64,000 nucleotides of DNA from the human T2T-CHM13v2.0 reference genome, Homo sapiens: NCBI RefSeq assembly GCF_009914755.1, contig NC_060945.1; one strand, given 5' to 3'. Positions 21,634 to 31,800 of this stretch are shown here, piece after piece (within the stretch, counting starts at the first letter, position 1; every line of letters begins with the position of its first letter). The position numbers and the translations under genes were made by a program. The notes below the pieces were generated by a model that was given only the letters and a program-made list of their open reading frames with translations, was not told where the DNA came from and searched no databases.

Positions 21634-23451
21634 CCCTGAACTCGCTGCATGCTGGGATTGTAGTCCTGCAGCCCTGTGACCAAAGGGCCAAGAGTGTTTA
21701 TGAGACTACATCTCCCAGAAAACGTAGGGAGAGGCACACAGCCCCACATCTTTTCCCAGTGACGCATACTGTTTTTGATCCTGATACATACTGGGATTGT
21801 AGTCCTGCAGCCCTATGACAAAAGGTCTGAGAGGCTTTATGAAACTACATTTCCCAAGAAGCGCAGCGAGGTGCGCAGAACCTTCCCATCCTTATCCAGT
21901 GAAGGGGAATGTCCGTGAGCCCCAAGCATGCTGGGATTGTAGTCTTATAGCACTGTGAGCCAAGGGTAGGGAGAGGACACGAGACTACATCTCCGAGAAA
22001 ACCTAGGGAGACGCACACAGCCCCACATCTTTTCCCAGTGACGCATGCTGTTTTTGATCCTGATGCATTCTGGGATTGGAGTCCTGCAGTCCCGTGACAA
22101 AAGGTCTCAGAGTCTTTATGAAACTACATTTCCTAGCAAGTGCAGCGAGGTGCACACAACCTTCCCCTCATTCTCCAGTGATGTAGACTGTCCGTGAGCC
22201 CCAAGCATGCTGGGATTGTAGTCTTATAGCACCGTGACCAAAGGACAGGGAGAGGCCATGAGACTACAACTCTCAGGAAACCCAGCAAGGCGCACACTGC
22301 CCGGCCTCTTTCTCCTTAGACTAGCGCACTGTCACTGAGCTGGGTGCATACTAGGAATGTATTCCTGCAGCCCTGTGAGCAAAGAGCTGGGAGTGTTTAT
22401 GAGAATACATCTCCCAGTACTCCCAGGAGGTGCACACAGCCCTGCCTCTTCCTGCAGTGACTAGCGCACTGTCCCTGAGCTGGGTGCATGCTGGGATTGC
22501 AGTCCTTGGCGATCTATGACCAAAGGGCTAGGAGTGTTAATGAGACTACATCTCCCAAAAAAGCAGAGTGAGAAGCGCACAGCCCTCCCTCTTCCTCCAG
22601 TGACGTGTGCTGTCCCTGAGCCCAGTGCATGCTGGGGCTGGAAGTGTAGTCCTTCAGCCCTGTGACGATAGGGCTGCGAGGATTTATGAGAATACATCTC
22701 CCAGCAAGCCCAGCGAGTAACAAACAACCCCGCCTCTTCCTCCAGTGACGCGCAATTTCCTTGAGCCCGGTGCTGGCTGGGAGTGTAGTCCTGCAGCCCT
22801 GTGACCAAAGGTTTGGGAGTATTTATGAGAATACATATCCCACCAAGCCCAGCGAGACGTGTACAATCCCTCCTCATCCTCCAGTAACGCGCACTATCCT
22901 TGATCTTGGTGCATACTGGGATTGTAGTTCTGCGGCCCTGTAATGAAAGGTCTGGTGACTTTATGAAACTACATCTCCCAGCAAGCCAAAGGAGGCACAC
23001 AAAGCTTTGCCTCTTCATCCAGGCACACGCACTATCCCTGATCCCGGTGCATGATGGAAATGTAGTCCTTCAGCCCTGTGACCAAAGGGCTGGGAGTGTT
23101 TATGAGACCGCATCTCTCAGCAACTAAAGCAAGGCCTGCACAGCCCCGCCTTTTCCTCCAGTGACGCTCACTGTTCACTAAGGAGTGTTCATGAGATTAC
23201 ATTTTCCAGCAAGCCCAGCGAGTTATGCACAGCTCTACCTCTTCTTCTAGCGACGCGCACTGTCCCTGATTCCGTTGTATGCTGGGATTGTGGTGCTGCA
23301 GCCCTGTGACAAAGGGGCTGGGAGTCTTTATAAGACTACATCTCCCAGCAAGCCCAAGAGGCTCTCACAGCCATGCACCACCCCCTCCCGCCCCACTTTT
23401 CCTTCAGTGACGCGCACTGTTCCCTGAACATGGTGTATACTGGAATTCTCC

Positions 23452-24074
23452 TGTTGCGGGATTCAGGAGGACGAGACAGACCTCAGGTTGAAACAGGAGA
23501 ATCTTTATTGAGTGCACTCAGGACCAGCTGACTCACGTCAAAAAGACCGGGCCCGGAACACAGACAACACCTGACTTTTATACACACTTCACAAAAGGGG
23601 GTGGGCTAGCTTGAAGCGAGCTTACAGTGGCGTGAAAGCAGGAATACAGAGGCAGGACAAAGACAGGATTGCACATGACCGTTGCCAAGCAACCCACATG
23701 TCCATTATCTAGGTTTCCCTGGGCATGGGCTTATCCTATAACCCTCACTATGGTTCCCAAACAGCTGTAGTTCAGCCTACTCAGGCTTCTCATGACTTTC
23801 ATTGTACTTCTTCGATAAAACACAATACTTGAAGTCACTAGTTACAGAGAACAAGAATCTATAAACTCATTCCATAAAACAAAGGGAATTTGTTTTTCTT
23901 TTCCCTGTGTTGGGGGAGTGTTGGGAGAACCTCCAGAGCACATTACATAATATTATCAAGAATTTTCCTGGGTCTGGGCTGTGCCTATTGCTGCCTCTGG
24001 GACAAATCAGCCTAATACAAGAAAACTTATTTCTCTTTCCTTTTAATTTCATTTTTCTTTAATTTCCTTCCTTA
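23452..24074 (-). mobile_element. Solo ERV1-class LTR (HERV1/HERV3-group-like) inserted into the last ACRO unit
   Basis: Minus strand TAAGGAAGGAAATTAAAG...CCCGCAACA, with AATAAA (tttatt ~23504). 4-bp TSD ctcc/gtcc. The ACRO unit continues in register on both sides. Confidence 0.8.
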
Positions 24075-24709
24075 GTCCTGCAGCCCTGTGACCAAAGGAC
24101 TGGGAGTGCACAGTTACACATCTGTTCACTTGTCATGAGACTGTTTTCCTTTAACCCCATGAACATACTTACCATAGCTTCTTTCAAATCTTACCTACCG
24201 ATTACAGCATCTTGCACATCTTGAGAATAGGTTCTATTGTCTGCTTTTTATCTTGTGAATCGATTACATTTTCATCCTTCTTCACGCATCTCATAAATTT
24301 TTAAATTGTGTGATAGGAATTACAGGGACTCTGGCTTCTGTTGTATTTCTTTGAAAATTATTATTTTATGAGGGAGTTAATTTGAATAGATGCAAACCCC
24401 AATCCTTATCTCTTCTACAGTGGCAATACTAAAATCTTCATTCAGTTCTTCTAAACAGTGTGCGTTTCTATATAGCAAAATATAGTATTTTATTAAACTT
24501 TATTATAGTATCTGTGAAACAGTTATTGAACAATCTACTCTACTTCATTATTACTGGAAGCCAGAACCTCAGTTGTGTTCACTTTCTGGATTTTATATAA
24601 GTGAAATTGTACAACATGTATACTTTTACATCTACTTTCTTCTATGCAACTTTATATTTATGATATTAATTCATCCTATTGCAGATAGCTATAGTTTGTT
24701 TATTTAAAA

Positions 24710-27700
24710 AATATTTTTTATATTGTGGCAAAGTATACATAAAATTAACCATTTTAGCTATTTTAAGTGTGCAGCTCAGAAAAATTAACTACACTCACAT
24801 TGTTTTGCAACTATTATTCTCATTCATAGGGACCTTCTTTCAACTTCCAAAACCAAAATTTAATGCACATTAAATAACAGCTCCCTGTTACTCCCCCTCC
24901 AGCTCCTACGAACCACTCTTCTACTTGGATTTCTAGAATTTAACTACTCTAAGTATCTCATAAGTGGAATGATACAGTATTTGTCCTTTTATGACTGGCT
25001 CATGTCACTTTGCACAATGTCCTTAAGGTTCATGCATAACGTACCATGTGTCAGAATTTTCTTATTTTACATAACTGAATAACGTTCCAATATATGCATA
25101 AATCACATTTTATTTATTTATTCATTGATGATAATTCAAACAACACGGGTAATTCAAAAACCTTTTGGGTGATGTGAGTAATGCTGCCATCAGCCTAGGT
25201 GTACGTGTATTATTTTGTGTCTTTGCTTTCACATCTTTTGCTACATACCCAGATGTGAAATTGTGGGATCATATGGTGACTTTAGGTGTACATTTTTTAC
25301 TTATTATACTGTTATTTTATAGCAGCTGCAGCATTTTACATTTCCAACAACAGTGTACAAGGGTTCTAATTGCTCCACGTCCTCACCAACACTTGTGATT
25401 TTCTGTTTTGTTTTGTTTCTTTTGGTAGTAACTATGCTGATGTGTATTAAGTGATATATCATTTGGAGTTATATTTGCATTTTACTAATGATTAGTTTTG
25501 TTGAGCACCTTTTCACGGACTTATTAGCCATTTCACATAATTTTTAAAGAAATGTCTGTTTAAGTATTTTGCCCATATTTTAAATAAGTATTTTGTTTTA
25601 TTATTGCTGAATTGTTCTTTGTATATTCTGGATAGAGTCCTCTTTATTTTTCTTTTGTTTCTTGCATTTTTTGTGTCCTGTTAAAAAAAATCACTGCGAA
25701 ATCCAGCGTTATGACATGTTTTACCTACATTTTATACTAAGAATTTTGTAGTTTTAGCTCTTACATTTAGGTTTTTGTCGAGTTAGTTAATTTTTTCTTA
25801 TGGTATAAGTTAAGGGAACAGTTTCACTCTTTTACATGTAGGTACCCAATTTCCCCAGCACTAACTGTTGTAAAGGCAGTTCATTTCCCATAAAAATCAT
25901 TTGACCATATATATGAGGGTTTATTTATATTGGCTTTCTATATTACTCCATTAGTCTATTTGTAGCATGCTATTTTGGGATTTTGTAGTAAGTTTTGAAA
26001 TCATTAAGTGTGACTTCTTTAACTTTGGTATTTTTTTTTCAAAATTATTTTTGCAATTTAGGGTCCCTTGAGATTCCTCATAAACTTAAAAATTGATTTT
26101 TTAATATCTACACAAAATAATTGGCATTTTGCTTCTTGGTTACTTCCTAATTTTATTCTTTTGATGCTATTGTAAATTGAGTTGTTTTCATAATTTTCTT
26201 CTCAGATTATTCGTATTACTACATAAAATACAGTTTATTTTTCTATGTTGATTTTGTATGCTACTACTCTGCTGAATTTATTAATTTTAATATTTTTTGT
26301 GTGGAATCTTTAAGATTTTCTACATAAAAGAATATATTTTCTGTACACACTTTGATGAAGTTTATTTCATTGTCTTTTTTAATTTCTCTGAATGAAACTT
26401 CTAATACAGTGTTGAATAAAAGTGGCTGGCAAGAGCAGACATTCTGTCTTCTGAGCTTAGACGAAATAATTTTGGTCTTTTCCTCTAGAACATGTAGTTT
26501 GCTGTGGGTTTTTATACGTGAATTTTACAAAGATGGTTTTCTTTTATTCGTAATTTATTGTTTTTATTATAAAATATTTTGAATTTTGTAAAATACATTT
26601 TCTGTATTAATGAGATAATGTTTTCTAAAAATTTTGTTAATGTGTCATATGCATTGATTATTTTTCATATGCTAAAACTTTTGTTAAGAAAGGCTAGCTA
26701 AGTGAACCAGTGAGACTGGAAAAAGAATAAAGAAATCTATGCTGGTTGTGATCAATTAGTTGTAAACACCATTGCACTGAAACCAGCCATACGCTAAATC
26801 TTCCTTACATTCCAGTAATAAATTCCCCTTGGTCATGGGGTGTAATCTTGCTAGTATGCTGCTGAATGTGGTTAGCTAAGATGTTGCTGAGTAGTTTTGC
26901 ATCCGTGTTCATAAGGGATATTAGTCTATGGGTTTTTGTAGTCTCTTTGTCTGGCTTTGGTATGAGCTAATGCTGGCATCATGGAATAAGTTTGGAACTG
27001 CTCTCTTCAGGCTTTTGGTAGATTTTGGAAAGGATTTTTGTTCTATAAATGCTTGATCTAAATCACCAGTGAAGCCAACAAAACAAGGGCTTTTCTTCAT
27101 GAGAGGTTTTTAATTACTGATTCCATTTCCTTAGTAGTTTTCTATCTATTCAGATTTTGTATTTCTTTGTAATCAAGTCTTGCATAAGTAGGAATCTGCC
27201 CACTTTATCTAGGTTTTCCAATTTATCATCCTATCATAGTTCACAGTACACTTTTTTAAACATTTTATTTCTTTGAATTAGTAGTAATGTCCCACTTTCA
27301 TTACTCATTTTAGTATGTGAATATGCTGTTAATTTTTCGTGTGTGTAGCTGAAGTTTTGCCAATTGTTAATTTTTTGAAGAACTGAGAGTGAACTTTTGT
27401 TTTTTTGGAATTCTGTTGTTTGTGTAATCTCTATTGCATTTATCTCTGCTAAAATCTTCAATACTTTCTTCTTTCTCTTTGCTTTGCATCTAATTTGGTC
27501 TTATTTTTCTAATTTACTAGGTGATAAAGTTATTATTTATTTGAAATCTTTGCTCTTTTTAAATGTATCTTAGCTGCAAACTTTTCATCTTAACACTGTT
27601 TTTGCTGTTTCCCATAACTTTTGATATGTTTTGTTTTCATTTTTCTTCCTCTGTATGTTCCTACTTCTTCCGTGATTTCTTCCTTTACTTAATTTATACA

Positions 27701-28245
27701 ATTTTGTAATTCTTTAAGTTGTAATTGTGTAGTTGTTTAATTTATACAATTTTGTAAACTTTCTAGCATTTCATCTGTTATTGATTTAATTTGAGATCTA
27801 CTATACAGCCCATCCTGGAGAATTCCCCATGTGCATTTGAGAAGAGTGTGTACTCTGTTTTGTTGGATGGAGTATATTGTATATATCTGTTAGATCAATT
27901 TAGTTCATTGAGTTAGTCAAGTCCTCTATTTCCTAATTTATCATTCATCTCATTTTTCTATTCATTACTCAGAGTGGAGTATTAACATCTTCAACTATTA
28001 TTTTAGAACTGTCTATTTGTCCCTTTAATTCTGTCAACTTAGTCTTTCTATATCTAAATGTTTTATTATTAGGTATGTAAGTGTTTAAACTATTTCTATC
28101 TTCTTGCCAAATGCACGTTCTATGATTATATAATGTCTTATTGTCTCTTGTAACTTTTTAAGTCTATTTTGTCTGCTATTAATATAGTCATCCCCAGTCT
28201 CTTTTTCCTACTATTGGTATAAAATAATTATTTTCTTCCCTTTTT
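24710..28245 (-). mobile_element. L1MB-type element (3' UTR and ORF2 pieces)
   Basis: L1MB 3' end 'aaaattaaccattttagctattttaagtgtgcag' followed by long antisense ORF2 homology. Confidence 0.8.
26689..26788 (-). pseudogene. RNY3P: Y RNA (hY3/RNY3) processed pseudogene
   Basis: Reverse complement GGCTGGTTTCAGTGCAATGGTGTTTACAACTAATTGATCACAACCAG...CTAGCCTTT matches hY3. 14-bp TSD atatgctaaaactt (26667-26680) / atacgctaaatctt (26789-26802). Confidence 0.93.
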
Positions 28246-28249
28246 TATA

Positions 28250-31100
28250 ACCCTGAATTGCTGTGGAAAGCTAACAGTAGCATTACTTAATTTAAAAAGC
28301 ACAGAAATCTTAAATCAATAGCTTAATGTTTGTAAAAGCATTTAAATGGAAATAAGCTACCAGTTCACCAGGAACAAAGGATATCAGTTGGGTCTAAGAA
28401 TAATCATGCCAAAAAGCTCTAGGAGGAAAAGCTCCTGGGAATTAGGACTGTGATAATGGTCTTTGAGATCAAGAAAGAAATGGGGAAATGGGGATGCTCA
28501 GGGTCAGGTACATGCTTAGCAAAAGACCCAGAAAACCCTAAGCTGTCACCTGTGTACTTTAAACTCTGCACAAGTAGAAAATAGAGGCACAAGGAGAGTT
28601 GTAACTTTATGCTGATTAGTAAAGGCATGCTCCAACAAACATACATAGATCCCAGGTGAAAAAAAATCAGATATTTATTTTTAGTGAAGGTTAAAAAATC
28701 TGGAGTCTTACTTTCCAATTAAGGATTAGTGAAAATATTTGGGGAGATTTGCATTGATCAGTTCATCCTGAGGTCAAGAAAATCTTGATTTTAAAATTTG
28801 GAGCCTCCAGTAAAGGATTAGCTTCCACCTAGAGGTGTTCTTTGGCCTTTTGGACTCAGAGCTATCTTGACACTACTACTGGTTACACTGATTTGAAAGT
28901 CAGCTAAGAGCTTGCTACAGAACTCCTGACAAACTAAGTTTGACCTATAGAGGGTTAGGGCATCCCCAGCTGGTTGAAATTTTGTGCCTCCTTCTATCCT
29001 CTGAAGCAAAGCTGCTGTCTCTGTGGGGCCCCCAATTTACTGAGTGTTTCCTATATGACTGGTCCTGGTTCATAGATGAGTCAGGGAAGGTGAAACCTCA
29101 TGATGTCCACTGGGCCGCTGTGGCTGTTTAACCTGTGCCAGCCATACAGAACCTGACATGAGTGGTTGCTCCTCTCAAAGGTCAGAACTCAGGGTTTGGG
29201 ATAATGGCACATATTCTATCTGTTTGGTTATCTACAATGGAAAGTGTAGACTGTCTGAATATCTTTTGGGCTGCAAACCGGAAACAACCCCAGATGCTGA
29301 TCTAACTGGGTCACTCATCTAGAAGTCCATGGTAAGTGTTTTCCAGAGAGTGACCACTATCAAGCTGCAGATTGAACCTAAATCTGTGTCCAACCCAGAG
29401 TCTAATACTGCAAACCAGACTTGGGGTTGCTGGTGAAAGTTGACCTATCTGTCTCATGGTTGAAGAATTCCTAGACCATACCTAGCAGAGTAACCAGAAG
29501 TGGACTTTTAGCCCACTTCTTGAGATATCAGTCACCACTGTTGACTTCTTCAGCATAACAGTCATCTGACTCCAGCCATACCATGTGTCCCTTGAAGCTA
29601 ATCTGTGCCACCTTTTAGGCTTTTGAGGCCAATTGAGCTCTGACTTCGTGGCATTTTTCACCACATCGACTAAAATGGGCCAACTCTACGATGTTCCCTC
29701 CTTTTCCACACATGTTGGTTAGATAATTCGTTGATTAGGTATGCTTTTCTCTAAAAGGGGATTATCTCTTCCAGATTGCCTCCAAGATAAGGATGAAATG
29801 GTTGGGGGATCTAGGAATCTATTTCACAAATTTGGAATTTCGTGCTAATAATTCCTGGGTGAAATGTCTTTCTTTCCCATACCTGCAATTCTAGGCAAGC
29901 CTGGCTTTTGTATCCTCTGAGTTGCATCCCAGCCTAGCAGCAGTTATGGGACTCCAACTTAGTTCTGGTTAAGTTTTATGTAAATATTCTTGTATCTGTT
30001 TTACCTGGCTCTACTAGATAAAATGTCTAGAAAAAAGTAAAGGGCGACTAGAATAAAGGTGAGATTGGTGAGATTATAGATATCGGAATGAGACACACTG
30101 ATTCTGTGGAGATAGAGGGAGAACAACAACCTGGAACGTGGGAAATGAACAACTTAGACCTCGGAAGCTACGGGGAATGGTGGGACATTAACAACTTTTT
30201 TTCTTTCTGAATAACCCCTGGTGCAGCCCACAAAAGAGTCTGGAAATACTATTAGAACAGACGGTAAGACAGAGGCTGTGGATTCAGCTCCTTTTGGTCT
30301 CCACGTTACTCTTAAGAATCCTTTGAGACTATTCTATCTCTCTGTGATGTAGGCATGGAACTCTAGTGGGCAGTGTGCACTCTCGGTGCCCATGGTTCAA
30401 CGCCACAGTTTTTCAGATGATGGACAACCATTGCTTTTTCCTGAAGAGACTTAGTACCCTGTGGCTGAGCTTAAGCGGGACTCTAGGAATTACTGATTGC
30501 ATTTTCTTCTTCTTCTGTGAACTGCGATTTCTCCTTCTGTTTTTCTACTACCTAGAGATTAATCTGTATTTGTCAATATTTAGGTAAATCAGAGACATAA
30601 AGCAGATAAGGAACCCTAGACACAGCTTCTAGCATAGCTGGACTCTTGCCTGTTTCTCTTCCCACTTTATGAGATCAATTATATTGGCACAGAGAGATAG
30701 CCTTAGATGGGTCTCTCAGGATCAATTAGAGAAGCATACTTCTAGAGAAGCTGGTAGAACAGGGCAGGAAGGCCAGTGAGGATCAAAGCTTCTATCCAAA
30801 TGTTTTAGCCTAGCTGTGTGTGGCAGACGAATCAAGGAAAGCTCCCAGATCCCTGGAAGGGATTATTAAGAGAGGATCCATTAGATTAGAATGCTAGGGT
30901 GGGTGTTCTTCTATCACCTTCTGAGTCAGATTTCCAGGGTTAAGTCTCTGGTAGGGCTGCAGAGAAATGCTCGCCTGGGAAAGCCTCTGATCAAGTGCAA
31001 CATAGGTGACTCCCGCACAGGGAGAAGTCCTCTATTTGAGGAACATCATATGTGTTTGGATGTATCTGTGCTCTTCCTCAGCAGAGGACCATTGACTGAA
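28250..31100 (-). mobile_element. Possible very old ERV internal region (env-like remnants)
   Basis: Higher-complexity non-L1 sequence with weak Cys/Trp-containing env-like fragments on the minus strand. No decisive motif. Confidence 0.25.
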
Positions 31101-31473
31101 TGACTGTTTGACAATTACGCATAAAGAGCCCTATATTATTTTGAATTTAGTAAATATTGGAACAGAAACAAACAATATTATCTACTTTCAAATTGAATAA
31201 CAGCATGAGCAACTTCCAGGAAAATGTCACAGGAGGAAACTCTGGGGCCTTGCTCATCACCAGAAACCTTGAAAATCCTGATGCAACCTGTAGGGTTAAC
31301 CTTATCAACACTTAGTTTTTTACCATATAGATTTATCTTCATAAAAAATATTTTCTTTGGACCTTTATTTTGTTATATGCCATGAAGAATAAATCATTTA
31401 TTTCCTTTGCGATAAGAACATCACATTTTTACACCTCAAGTATTAATGGTTCCATCCCCCATGTAGTTTTTGT

Positions 31474-31800
31474 TGCGATGGCCTGAATGTTTATGTCCCT
31501 TTGCAAATTCCTATGTGGATAATTTTAGGCGTGTGGCCTTTGGGGAAGTGGTGAGGCCAAGAGTTCTTCATCTTCATGAATGGAATCAGTGCTCTTTCAA
31601 GGGAAGTTGAAGGCAATGCCCTTGTCCCGTGTGCAAGATGGTACCATCTATGGGGAACAGGGCTCTCAACATATACTAAATTTTCTGCTGCCTTGATCTT
31701 GCACTTTCCGGACTCCATAACTGTGAAAAATACATTTCTGTTGTTTATCCTTTACCCAGTCTGAGGTATTTTGTTATAGCAGCCTGGATGCACTATGACA
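31474..31800 (+). mobile_element. MaLR LTR (MLT1A/MSTD-like)
   Basis: Start 'gatggcctgaatgtttatgtccc' and end 'acccagtctgaggtattttgttatagcagcc...actatgaca'. Confidence 0.8.

Larger units (their letters stand above)
20320..24108. repeat. ACRO1-type tandem satellite, ~139 bp unit, ~22 copies
   Basis: The 'cat(g/a)ctgggattgtagtcc' motif recurs at 20480, 20619, 20758, 20897, 21035, 21176 and onward. Each unit also has 'gagactacatctcccagcaagccc'. The array resumes for ~34 bp after the LTR. Confidence 0.88.

Noticed and set aside
20816-23018. Long minus-strand ORFs (201 aa, 185 aa) with repeated motifs
   Set aside because: By-products of GC-rich tandem repeats. Unit lengths of 138-141 bp do not preserve frame and the ORFs break repeatedly.
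20320-23451. CRISPR-like appearance (regular palindromic repeats)
   Set aside because: The intervening sequence is homologous between units rather than unique spacers, there are no cas genes, and the context is primate DNA. This is a tandem satellite.
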